A stretch of DNA of 64,000 bases from Naegleria gruberi (taxonomy: Eukaryota). The translations under genes were made by a program, and so were the position numbers. Under the pieces are notes generated by a model that was given only the letters and a program-made list of their open reading frames with translations, was not told the DNA's origin and made no database searches. Shown here in pieces: positions 33,877 through 45,800 of this stretch. Positions within the stretch are counted from its first letter, which is position 1; every line of letters begins with the position of its first letter. The DNA lies in NCBI GenBank assembly GCA_000004985.1, contig GG738881.1; one strand, written 5' to 3'.

Positions 33877-35496
33877 ATGGAACCAGTAAATATCTTGCTA
33901 ATTGATTTCAATGAAGTACCCAAAAACTTCTCATCCTCTTCATCGTCATCATTAATCGGAATGTTGTTTGCAAAATTTCAAAATCAAAGCAAAGGTTTTC
34001 GTAAGTGGCTTCTGAAACGAGAGGATTTTCTGATGGAAATTGCACTCCATGAGAAATGTTATCTAGATTCCCATCGGGTTGGATTTACCTACATAGATCC
34101 TGTCTATTTGAATTTATCACTTGAATTTATTCACGATTGGGAAATAATAGAACAATTAATTGATTATGTTCCGAGTCAATATTTACCTGCTTCTTGTGCT
34201 ACGAGACAGTTTTGGAAGAAATTATTGGGGAAAAGAGGATGTTGGTTTTCTAGCCTTCCACAGGAGTTGAAACAAGATAGGGAATTGATTATGAGTGCTG
34301 TTGGAGCTGGAGATTGTGAAATATTTTCATCGCTTCCTATTGAATTGGTGAATGATTTGGAATTTATGAGGGAATGCATTAAAATTGAGGGATCTAGTTT
34401 ATTATTTTGTAGAGATGAGGAGGTTAAGAGGGAATTGAATTTTGAGGCTGTTTGTATGGGTTTAGGAATAGAATTTCTCAAACGAGATGAAAATGGAAAG
34501 GTAATTGATTTTGGAGATCAGTTTAATGATGATAGGGAAGTAGTGTTGGAAAATTTGAAAAGGAATGGATCTCTTTTCCAAAAAGTTTCGAACAGGCTCA
34601 AGGATGACAAGATATTAATTATTGAGGCAATGAAAACAAGTAGGTCAATTCTCACTTGTCTATCAAATGAAATGAAACAAGATGAGGAAATAATCAATGC
34701 TGCAATTCAATATAATCAATTCCAAACTCTAAAATGCTACTTTGAAAGTAAGAATTATGTGAAAGATTATGAGAAGGATGTGGAGATGATATGTAAAGTA
34801 TTGGCAGAAAATGGCTCTGATTACGGTTACCTTCCTTCAGATTATAAGCAAGACAAGGATTTACATTTGAGAATTTTCAAAATCCACACAAGTTTTATTG
34901 AAAGATTCCCAAAAGAAATGTTGCAAGACAAGGAAATTATATTAGAGGCAGTCAAAAATCCTCCTACAGGATTTTTACCCTTCAGTTCAGCCTCGTATTC
35001 ATTGAAACAAGATGAAGAGTTTGTGAAGCAAGTTATCGAACTTTCTCCTAGCTCTATAGTAGTCGTCCATAACAATTTGAAGAAAAATAGAAGTTTAGTA
35101 ATGCAAGCTGTAAAACAACAAGGTGGTTTACTCCAATTTTGCAGCCATTTTCGAAAAGATAGAGAAATGCTCTCCATTGCTCTCACACAAGTAACTCAAA
35201 ACAAGTTAACCCAAGATGAGTTTGATTTTCTTTTTGAGGAATCGATAATATCAAAAGAAATGATACCAACTCATTCCAAGCAATTGCTTGAAATAGTTGC
35301 CAAATTTGATCCTCACTTGCTCATGTATAATTCTAATGCAGATGCTGACATTTGGGCAATTGCTGCGAAATATACTGGAACTATCCCACCAAGCATGACT
35401 ATTGAGGAAATGCCAATGCTATTTGAACAACGATTGGAATATGAATATTGTGGATTTTACCTTCCTCCACGTTACAAATCTCATCAATTTGATTGA
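33877..35496 (+). CDS. DUF4116-repeat protein, 539 aa, intronless.
   Basis: At least seven repeats are present: LKQDRELIMSAVGAG…, LKDDKILIIEAMK, MKQDEEIINAAIQ, LQDKEIILEAVK, LKQDEEFVKQVI, LKKNRSLVMQAVKQQGGLLQFCS and FRKDREMLSIAL. Confidence 0.6.
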   Translation: MEPVNILLIDFNEVPKNFSSSSSSSLIGMLFAKFQNQSKGFRKWLLKREDFLMEIALHEKCYLDSHRVGFTYIDPVYLNLSLEFIHDWEIIEQLIDYVPSQYLPASCATRQFWKKLLGKRGCWFSSLPQELKQDRELIMSAVGAGDCEIFSSLPIELVNDLEFMRECIKIEGSSLLFCRDEEVKRELNFEAVCMGLGIEFLKRDENGKVIDFGDQFNDDREVVLENLKRNGSLFQKVSNRLKDDKILIIEAMKTSRSILTCLSNEMKQDEEIINAAIQYNQFQTLKCYFESKNYVKDYEKDVEMICKVLAENGSDYGYLPSDYKQDKDLHLRIFKIHTSFIERFPKEMLQDKEIILEAVKNPPTGFLPFSSASYSLKQDEEFVKQVIELSPSSIVVVHNNLKKNRSLVMQAVKQQGGLLQFCSHFRKDREMLSIALTQVTQNKLTQDEFDFLFEESIISKEMIPTHSKQLLEIVAKFDPHLLMYNSNADADIWAIAAKYTGTIPPSMTIEEMPMLFEQRLEYEYCGFYLPPRYKSHQFD

Positions 35497-35678
35497 GATT
35501 TCAATTAAATTAACCTTAGCCTTGCATTTCTTGCATCATCAAGTTGGTTACACACTTACGGAAGGATTGATTGCAAAGGAATTGTGCCAAATTTGGTATT
35601 CCTTTCTCACAGCTCCTTAATTAACCGTGTGACCTCTGATAACTTTCGCAAATAATTCAAAACCAACTTGCGAAAAAA

Positions 35679-36989
35679 ATGGCTCACTACCAACCTGTCA
35701 TTGATCCAGCCACCACCACCTTTACTATCAATCATTTACCTCCAGATTGCTTGATCGAAATATTCCAATATTTGCCATTTCTTCCCTCCGTATTGAATTT
35801 ACAATTAGTCTCTTCGGCATGGAGAAATACTGTTCAACACTTTATTGCTAGAGGAGGATTTGATTTGAATTTAGGATTTCTTCCGAGCCATGTAACACTC
35901 TCCAAGTTTATAATGATCATTGGTCGTTTCTATAATGCTAAACAAATTACATTGTGTAATTTACAGTTGACTGTTGATTTGATGAAGGTGTTGAGCTTTA
36001 CAGCTATTGAAACATTGGTCTTGTGTAATTGCTCAACAGAGGCTGCCGTTTCATTCTCTCCAGATTTGGTTAGTTCAGGATTCAAGCAATTCAAAGATTT
36101 TCAGAGAGAAATGAATGAGAAATTGGAAGATTCTGGAAGATTGCCTTTTTATAATTTGAAAAGAGTGATTGTAATTGACTCTTCTACCTGTTTGAATTTC
36201 GTTTGGAAGGAAGATTTTATTGAGGATAATAGGGATGAATCTTGTCAAGCATCATTGAAATCATTTTACAATTTGGAAAGTGGATTTGATAATTGTTGGA
36301 ATTTCAAATCAATTTCTATGAACTCTAACAAGAGAGTTTCATTTCTTGCTTTAGAACTTTACAATGGTGGAGATGCCAAGAGTAGAGATTCAAAAAAGTT
36401 TGTAACCCTAAAGAGTGGAAAAACCCTTGTCAACATTCCAATTCAACCAATCGAATATGTTGAAGATAAGAAGGCGCTAATGTTTAAATATGGTCTTAAA
36501 AGTAATTACAGAAAAGTCAAATTTAATAGCAAAACCCTTCAGCAAGCAATAGATAATTTCCTTATTGGAATTTATTCTTACACAGCTCTGGAAGATTTCT
36601 TGACACTTGTGGTAAATTCGCCAACACGACCAATGAATTTTGTGACTGACAAAGGATTCTATTCAGAATTGATTTATTTCCTCCACAAATATCAGATTTT
36701 GAGAGAAAATTCAAACATTCCACTTAGAATAGTTCAGCTAGCTGAAACATTGGATTACCACTGGGCAAGTTTCTCACAAACTGAACCAGTTTCAACCAAG
36801 ACAGAAAATATCAGTGAGGAAATTCCAGTTCCATTCTCTTGGGTGCACCTTTTGAAGAAGGGTCAATACATTCACCTTCCACCTGCTCAACCAGAACCAG
36901 AGAAGAAGGAAAGTACTGAAACTAAACCAGTTCGTAAAAGTTATCGTGGCCTATTGACAAGAGGATCCTCTTCAAACAATCAAGATTGA
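35679..36989 (+). CDS. F-box domain protein, 436 aa.
   Basis: N-terminal F-box LPPDCLIEIFQYLPFLPSVLNLQLVSSAWRN. The rest is unrecognised. Confidence 0.6.
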   Translation: MAHYQPVIDPATTTFTINHLPPDCLIEIFQYLPFLPSVLNLQLVSSAWRNTVQHFIARGGFDLNLGFLPSHVTLSKFIMIIGRFYNAKQITLCNLQLTVDLMKVLSFTAIETLVLCNCSTEAAVSFSPDLVSSGFKQFKDFQREMNEKLEDSGRLPFYNLKRVIVIDSSTCLNFVWKEDFIEDNRDESCQASLKSFYNLESGFDNCWNFKSISMNSNKRVSFLALELYNGGDAKSRDSKKFVTLKSGKTLVNIPIQPIEYVEDKKALMFKYGLKSNYRKVKFNSKTLQQAIDNFLIGIYSYTALEDFLTLVVNSPTRPMNFVTDKGFYSELIYFLHKYQILRENSNIPLRIVQLAETLDYHWASFSQTEPVSTKTENISEEIPVPFSWVHLLKKGQYIHLPPAQPEPEKKESTETKPVRKSYRGLLTRGSSSNNQD

Positions 36990-37194
36990 GATGGTAGTGC
37001 CACTTATTCCATTAATCATCACTTATTGCACATTCTTCCATTGTTGAATTCGTTGGTGAAATTTCGTCGTTCGTGAATAAAGGAACCAACAAGATGCAAC
37101 ATGTTCTGTAACCCTGTAAATTAAGCATGATGTGCAATTTTTGAATTGATTTTTCTGTCGTAAACAATGATTTTCATGTTCCTTTCATAAAAAA

Positions 37195-38318
37195 ATGTTA
37201 AACACTTCCACTTCATCAACAGCAGTGATTGATCAAGCAGCAAAGGCAATTGCATCTGCCACTCACTTGTATTTTACAGCCGGAGCTGGTATGGGAGTTG
37301 ATTCTGGGCTTCCTGATTTTAGGTGAGTTTAAATTTTTTTGTAAAGTTATAATAATTATTAATAATATATTTAAATATAATTAAATATAATTAAACAATA
37401 CTTGAAAAAATTAATGATTTTAGAGGAAAGAATGGATTTTGGAAAGCCTATCCACCAATGCAAAAATTGGGCCTCGAATTTCACCAAATGAGTAATCCAA
37501 AATGGTTTGAGAGGGTAACTATACTATTTAACTATTATTTAAATATTATTGTAAACTAACATTAGGATCCAACATTTGCACATGGATTTTTCGCTCATCG
37601 TTACAATCTGTACACTAGTAAATTACCCCACCATGGCTATCACATCCTAAAAGAATTGTCCGAAATGCCCAACATACAGGACTATTTCATTTTCACATCG
37701 AATGTAGATGGACACTTTGCACAAGTTTTCCCACAGGAAAAGATTGCCGAATGTCATGGCTGTATTTTATATTTGCAATGCACAAATTCTTCCACCTGTG
37801 AGGATATTTATAGTGTGAAGAAACATAATGAGTTTTATGCGGAAACACATCCAGAGACTTGCTATCCATTGCCTGTTGATATGGAATCGTTTAGAGTACC
37901 AGAGAAATCACTTCCTAAATGTATTCATTGTGGATCTCTTGCCAGACCTAATATTATGATGTTTGGAGATTATGGATTTGTTGGTGATAGATCTAATGAA
38001 CAGGAGGATAGATTGAGAGAATCATTTATCAAGTGGAGAGAGGGAATTGATAAAACTAAAAATGTGGAAAATCAAATACATTTGGTCACTATTGAAATTG
38101 GTGCTGGTGTTGATGTGAATACTGTAAGATGTGAAAGTGAGGAAAAGACAAGAAAATATGCAAATATTGACCATGTTAAAACAACCTTAATTAGAATTAA
38201 TCCAACTGATCATCAAATTCAGCAATTCTCTATTGGAAAGGGAGTCGGTATTGAAATTCCTCTTGGTGGATTAGATGCTCTCACTCAAATCAAGCAAAGA
38301 ATTGCAGAATTGAAATAA
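37195..38318 (+). CDS. Sir2-family NAD-dependent deacylase (sirtuin). Three exons: 37195-37322, 37424-37514, 37566-38318.
   Basis: Motifs AGAGMGVDSGLPDFR|GKNGFWKAY…, TSNVDGHFAQ, the AECHGC…C zinc ribbon and CIHCGS. The introns are 101 bp (gtgagt…tttag) and 51 bp (gtaact…attag). Exon lengths sum to 972 nt in frame. Confidence 0.8.
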
Positions 38319-38369
38319 CAATTGGAAACCAAAGAACAAATTAAGATTTTATTGAATGATTAAAATGGA

Positions 38370-39855
38370 TTACCTTTTAATAGCACGTCTGTTCAACGTT
38401 TTTAATAGAGGGAAGGCATCCTTAAACTTGGATTCAGGGACACTGTCTGGTGAGAAGTCAATATCAGTCAGATTTCTGATATTTCCATTCGCAAAGTTTA
38501 GCATTGAACTTTCAGAAAGTGAATTTCTACACAATTTGAGCACTTTCAATTTGACAAGATTACTATCGCTCAAGAGTTTCAAACCAGCAGAGCCAATGTC
38601 ATTTCCACAAAGATTAAGCAATGTCAAATTTTGTAAATATGGAGAGTTGACTATATCTTTAACACTCACACTAGTCAACAGAGATTTGTGAGGAATACAA
38701 GTTATAGATCTCAAAGTGGAAGAATATTCAGAAAGGCATATACGAAATATTCCCAAATCTGAAATATCATTCTCTGAAATATCCAAAATGGCAATCTTTG
38801 TAAGCAAGCCGTTGAATAATTTTTCCAAATGGTCATTATTAATGCCACACTTGGTCAGATTGAGTGATGTTAAATTGTGCATTGGTTTTAAGGCATCAAC
38901 AGAGACAGAATTTTTTGACATGTCCAATACTGTTAAATTGGGGAAAATAGTTTCAGCAAACTGTTTCCAAGGTTTTTCATGTTGAACTCTTCCACATTCC
39001 ATTTTCAAAGTTTGCAATTTCGTCAATTTACAAATATCTGGAACAGCTTCTGAAATGTGAAATCCAGAAATGTTCAAAAAAGTTAGATTAGGCATATTCC
39101 ACTTCGTAAAGGGTTTCAATTCTTCCCAACTCTCATACCTTCCAACATTCAACGATTCCAATGATGAAATCGATCCAACAAGATTCAAACCATACCAAGT
39201 GAGCTGGCAATTCGATAAATCAACAATTTTCAAATCAGGTTTACGAGTTGCTAGAAAGTTAAACCACCAATCTGTACTTGGTCCTTGAAACCCACATCCT
39301 ATCAATTTTAAAACTCTCAACTTGTCGAATTGAGATATACGCCTATAACTGGTCCAATCATTACCAGCCCTATTCAAAGAAAATGTTTCAAAATCTTTGA
39401 ATTTGTAAAGAGAATCAAAGTCAGAACAATTCAAATCACAACACAAAGCTAACCATTCCTGAGCATGATTCTCAAATAATTTCTTCAATTTGAACTCACA
39501 ATTCTTCATAATGACCTTCTCAACCTTTCGGAAAGCTCCCAACCTAGCACATTCATATATAACATCCTCGCTATTATCTTTAAAATCAAGTGTTGCTACC
39601 TTTACATTAGCCAGTACCCACTGATGAAAATTCCTGCAAGCCATTCCGATCGTTCGCCTTAATACCTTACTCCATAAATCTAAAGATGTGATGATGAAAA
39701 ATCTCTGCCGGCAATATGGCCACTAATTCAGCACCTTCATCTTGTTGGTTGCTTTCTACTAACGGTGAAGATACAGTAGTGATATGTTCGGACATTTTTT
39801 TGGATTTGATTTTTGAAGATTCATTGTAATAGTCAATTTTAATTGATTTCAACAT
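38370..39855 (-). CDS. F-box/LRR-repeat protein. The F-box exon (39855-39671) is spliced to an RNI-like LRR exon (39633-38370) through a 37-bp intron.
   Basis: Exon 1 ends …LVAILPAEIFHHHIFRFME. The intron is gtaaggtattaaggcgaacgatcggaatggcttgcag. Exon 2 encodes an LRR body (LxxLxLxxCxxI repeats, about 12 of them). Phase matching restores a single frame. Confidence 0.6.
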
Positions 39856-39861
39856 GTTGTT

Positions 39862-42751
39862 TTATTGATGAAAAACAAAGATGAGCAATACAATAAGAAA
39901 CCACCATGCAGAAGAGGAAGGTCTTAAATTATTAGAGCTATTAACTCGTCCACCACTGCTTGATGGTTTTCTGCTTGAACTTGTTGGAGTAATCAATGTT
40001 GATTGACCAGTTGGTGCTGAGCTAGTGCTTGGTTTAGTAGTGCTTTGCAATGGTTTAGTGCTTGACAATGGTTTAGTAGTGCTTGGCAATGGAGTGACAG
40101 CATTACAATTACTCTCAAAAGCTCCAATATCTGGAGCAATGTCATTATTAGCAAGTGCTACACCCTTACCAATCAATGTAATGTTTTGATTGCAACGAAG
40201 TTTAAAATCCAAGTTAGTTGCATTATTAAAGTAGTATGTCAAATTAGATGCAACTATTTCATTAATAATATGAGAACCAAGATTAGCATAGGACCAATCA
40301 ATAAATTGCCAATTATACATTTTGGCTTTTTCTTGCATAATGTAATTGTAATCAATATCCCAATAACGAGCCAGTAAGTATAATGGAGAATTGGTTTGGA
40401 AGGTTGGTTTCTGGAGTGGAGTATTGATGAAGGCATTGTTTTTCATCTCGACAGTTCTTGGATAATAAGTATTTGTGGATATGGAAATAATGGATGACAA
40501 TGCTAATTCCTCAAGAATAGCTCTATTCAAGCCAATGACTTCATTGAGAGCTCGTTTGTCAGAGAATGAGGCAGGATTAATGACAGATCCGTCACTGTTC
40601 AAAACTCCCTTAGTTGAAAGAGCTACCCAATATGGATAAGCTGCTCCTCCTGTAACATTCAAAGAACCAACTACATCATTCTTGTGTGTGTACATGAAAG
40701 AGGTGTCATTGACAATAGTGTTGAGGAAAGTTACAATCTCTGTTTGTAAAGATGAGCCAATTTGTCCATAATTATCCAGAGCTTGAATCTTTGAAACCAA
40801 AGTTGGATTCTTATTCCAAATCAAAGTTTGTGCCATTGCATTGTTCATGGTTTTGACTTGTGTGAACAAATTGCTAAAGCCAGTCGTACCAATTGAGAGA
40901 ATAAGAGGAGTGTCATCCTTCAACAAGGAATCTCAACCAAACATTGTAGAATACATTGTTGTACATTCTAATTTCAGAACTCCAGTTAATTCCCATTGGA
41001 CCACCTATAATGACATTGCCAGTAAAGGTAATCTTACCACAATTTTCATTCCACATATTTTGAGGATTGTGAGTTAGGGCGCCATCATAGGTTCCGTCGT
41101 TGATTAAGTAATTATCCTTAATGAGAATGTTGTGAACCTTTGAAAATTGAATATTGTCTGCATGTTGAAGTTCACTTGAATGAGGACCAATTCTATTCGA
41201 AATGATTTGAATATTAAAAGTATCGAATAGAGCATTGGTGTTTCCTGCCCAAATACCATTATTCAAATTGTGATGAATGTAGGTATTTTTAACAGTACAA
41301 TCACGACTTCCCCTTGCAAAAAAGTCAATTCCATTGTTCCAGTTATAGGCATATTCACCTCCGTCAATGATAATATTATCACCCATTTGGATACCAAGTC
41401 CATCAAAGAAATTTTCATTTGAAGTAATATTCAAGTATGAGGTCTTACTGCAATAATTACAAAAAACACCAGTTCCTTCAAATCTTCTGACAAACAAACT
41501 GTCAAAAACGAGATATTCTGTAAATTGCATCCAAAGTCCATATTTGATGACAGAAACTTCAATAGATTTAGGAAGAGTATCAGCAGAAACATAAACTTGA
41601 TTATTATCGAGAGCATACTGTCCAGGTTTTGAAATCAAACCAACGTGATTTCCCAGGGCATACTTATCATTCTTAATGAAGGAAAATCCTGAATATGCTG
41701 TACCATCAAGAGGAGAAATAGCTACATTAGTGAAACCAGCAGTATTGGTTTTACTGTCATATGATAAAACAGTTCTGTAAAAGGTAACTTTGGCCAAGGT
41801 ACCGGCTGGATTGTTTCCATCCCCAATGAAATGATACAGTTTAGCACCAACCCAGTAACCATCTGGAACACTTGTACCATCGGCTTTCTTTCTGAATCTA
41901 TCGTCAAGTTGCAAATAAACTATATTAGAAACTGTGGTAACATTAGTAGCAGCAGTAATGGTGATATAATTAGTTGACAAGAATGGATCAAGATCTGAAT
42001 ATGGCAAAGGTATCATGGCAGGTACCAATTTCTTGGTCTCAGAATAAAGAAAAAGAGGAGTTCTTTGAATAGTAGTTGTGTAAATATTAACTGGAGCGGA
42101 TGCAAACAATTTAACCTTACTCATGTCAACTGGAATAGATCCATCAATAATCACATTCTTTGAATCAGTTCCCTTGAAAGTAATTGGATGTCCAGGGAGT
42201 GCTGAATATTGAATCTTTAAGGTTTCTCTATAAATTCCAGGTCCAATTATTAAGGTATCGTCTGGCTGTAACATGTATTGAGCTCTTGAAATGGTTTTCC
42301 AAGGAGATGATTTAGTTTTACCATTATTAGAATCTGATCCAGTACTTTGATCAACGTAGAATGTTTGAGGAGATGCAGAGTGGAGCAATTTACCTTTCCA
42401 GACCTTGACTCCCAAGATCTTGTATCTGCTAGTAGTTGGACTGTCAGTTGTCTTATCATAGAATCCAATCTTTCCATTAACTGAATAGAATACCTTCATT
42501 GCATCAGCATCAGAATCAGAAATATTGATTAGATAGTCGCCACTGGCAATACCAACTTGTCCAATGGAAATAGAAATGGAATTACTCGATTTCTTAATAT
42601 AGAACTTGTGATCGGTATAAACTGAATTTCCAGCACCACCAACCAAAAGGGAAGAACTATGAATTAAGGTTCTAACCCCATTCAATACTCTTGTAATAGT
42701 TTGAAATTGGTCTGGTTTGTACAAAGCTGGAATTGACGAAAAGGTGATCAA
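39862..42751 (-). CDS. Right-handed beta-helix (pectin-lyase-fold) surface protein with a Ser/Thr-rich stalk and a C-terminal TM/GPI tail. It is encoded by two ORFs (42751-40913 and 40926-39862) that differ by +1 in frame.
   Basis: An N-terminal beta-helix signature SPWKTISRAQYMLQPDDTLIIGPGIYRE is followed by parallel beta-helix repeats (NIIIDGGEY, NTYIHHNLNNGIW…). The product ends …SSAWWFLIVLLIFVFHQ. The two frames can be joined by a 91-bp intron 40874-40964 (gtacaa…ctttag; exon total 2799 nt) or by a +1 shift at GGA-UGA-C. Confidence 0.6.
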
Positions 42752-42834
42752 TATGTTTACAATTTATGTAATTTACATGTTTTTAGTTCTAGAACTGGTT
42801 GTATACACAATGAAATAATGAAAAATCAAAAAAT

Positions 42835-45800
42835 CTATTTATTTTCGCAAGGTTCAATTGCTGGCTTTTGCTTCTTTTTTAACTTTTGCTCATGTTTGTA
42901 TTCGATGAGTAATTTTTGATAATCGTGAGGGAAGAATCCAAATCTAATAAATTTGATAAGCAGATCAGGAAGTAAGGCAACCACACTTAGCAACATTGTC
43001 ACGAGAATGGCCTTTACACTCATGAAGGTATGATAATACACAAAGTGGAAAGTTCCCTTTCCGAAAAATACTGGAATTGGAGTATAAATTACCACAAATA
43101 CAAAATAGCTCAAGTAACTACCCCAAATCGATAAAATGATTGGAAGGCTCCACGATTTGACTGACAGAGCAAATTTGAAAGTAATAATAGTTACTGTTGT
43201 TGTGAGAACAACTGTTCCAAAGTGGAAAACATCTGATGGTCCATTCTCCAAAATATCTTCATATCCATAACAAATTAAAACTCCAAAGAAAACAATCAAA
43301 GAATGATAGGTGGCATCCAATGTCCAGAAAAGTAAGCTTCTGATATTGAATAAATTACCATGAGTTCCACTCTTTTTCAAAGTAGAGTAAATTTCTGGAT
43401 GTTGTAAAATAACTTCCTCTGGTAAATCCTTCTCAAATACTCCTGAAACAATTGGTTGGAAGAAACAGTAGATAGTATTGAACATTGTAAGAAGCCATGA
43501 TTCAAAAAATATTGTGCATGTAAATCCTGTATAAATACAGTAAAGTATCTGAGGAACCACAATCATGACATTCTTGTAAAAGTTGAAGAGTAAAAAGTCA
43601 GCATTTCTAACACAGCAATATCTTCCATGAAGAGCAATCAATCTGACTAAATTCTTAAATCTAGGGAGAGCATAGTCAGCAGAACGAGAGGCCTGAGAAC
43701 CTTCTTTTCCTTTGATACCTACACCTACAGTTGCTGCTTGAATCATTGCCACGTCATTTACACCGTCTCCAACAGCAAGAGCTTTCTTTTTCAATTTGGA
43801 TTCAATGAGCTTGACTATTCTTGCCTTTTGGAGTGGCTTTAATCTGGAACAAACTGCACAACTAATATGTTGAACAATCTTTAGGAATTGTTTTTCATAC
43901 TTTTCCAGAGCAAAATCCAATGATTTAGAATCAATCACTAATCCATACTCAAAGTGTTTGTTCTTGTGACGCTCAAGAAATTCTAAAGCAACTTTCATCT
44001 TCTTTTTGACATGTTTAGTATTGCAAGAGTCTCGTATTCTTATTTCTATTGTTTCATCTTTGTGTAAGATATTTGTAGAGTAGGCAACATTGATGGCAGT
44101 CTCTGTCTTGTCTCCTGTTAAGACCCAAATTTGAAAGCCGGCTTTGGATAAATAGGTAATAGTCTCTACTGCATTTTCTTGAAGCTTGTCCTCAATGGCT
44201 GTACATCCAATTAATTGTAAATCAATTTCCATATCAGCAGCACTGTGAATTAAAAGCTTTTCTCTATTCTTTGTTGAGAGGGTTGCCTTTGTATATGCTT
44301 CAATCCATACTTGAAATTCTTCTTCTGAAATTTCCTTTCTAGCACATACAAGAGTTCTCAAACCCTTAATTGAAAATGTTTCAAGAGCAAGTTTCAAGTC
44401 GGTGACATAATGCTTTCTAGCTCTACATCTTTTGATCATGACGCTATCAGCCCCTTTTACATAACAAATATATCTTCCTTCTGGGCTTTTAACAATTACA
44501 CACATTCTCTTTCTGTCTGATGTAAATTCAATGGTTGCAACAATGTCATAAAACTTCTTTTCTCCCATCTCATCAATTAGAACACCTGCGTTTGTTCTTT
44601 GTAACAACACAAATCCATTATTTCTGGCTGCTTCTAATAGAGCTATTTCATCTGAAGAAGGTCCATCATAAACAATACGCTCTGGGTTCTTTGGATCACG
44701 TTCAGGAATGACATTGTTATTCAATGCTAGACATAAGAGGAACTCTCTCAAAAGGTAGGCATGGTAACCAGCTGTATCAGATACAGGTGGCTCTTCCAAG
44801 CTTGGTTTGTGTTCAGTCATGTAATTCTTCATTAAACCTGGATTACGTATTTCCGAGTAGTACAACCCACCAACCCATGAATCAGAGTATTTCATTTCAT
44901 TTTGAGTGAGAGTACCTGTCTTGTCTGAAAATATCACATCCAAATTAGAAAGAGCTTGATTCATATTAGATGATTTGACTTCTGCTTTAAAGTCTCCATG
45001 CCACATTTCCTTGTCACTCTCTATCATTTTGGATTGGAAAGTTTTAATAATTTCCAAACCAACAACCAATGACATTGGAATCATAAGATTTAACAAAATG
45101 AAACAAGTAACCCATGTGGACATGACAGATGTAAAGGAAGCAGGTGCGGAACTAACTGGTCTTAAATAGAATGCTTTGATTTGATAATTATCTTGGAATA
45201 ATCCATAAAATGCAGCCACAATAGCGCAAATAATTTGCTGTAAGATTAAAAGGAATACTAAAATTTTGTTCAATGTAATGTCCAAGTCGTTTCTCTTTTG
45301 TTTGTTCTCTTTCAAGTTCTTTAAAATCTTGGTGTGATTACCCACATAAATAGCAATACCATAAATATGTTTTGTGTTCTTCAGCACACATCCTCTGAGA
45401 AGTAGATTATCCATAGTCATAGCTTCCTTTTGAGTTAATTTTTGATCCCCTACTTTTGCTTTCAGTTTGATGTTGCCTTCAAAAGTATCCAAGTTGCTGT
45501 TAGGAAGTTCAACCTTCAGTTGACCATCCAAATCACTCAAACTTTTGTGAATGGTATGTTCTGGAATATCGTGCAAGAATTTTCCAGCTTTAAGAGATCG
45601 TCTCGTTTTCAGATTTGTTTCGCCGTCCAGATTCGCCGTCTCTACATAGCACATATCATCCTCTCTTGAGGAGTGTATACACAACAAATCGGAAGGGAAT
45701 GTTTCTTCCTTGCTTACAAGTACAATTTCTCCTATTTCTACATCCTTGACTCTAATTTCAACCACCTGACCACCTCTAATTACTCTACACTTTTCATTGT

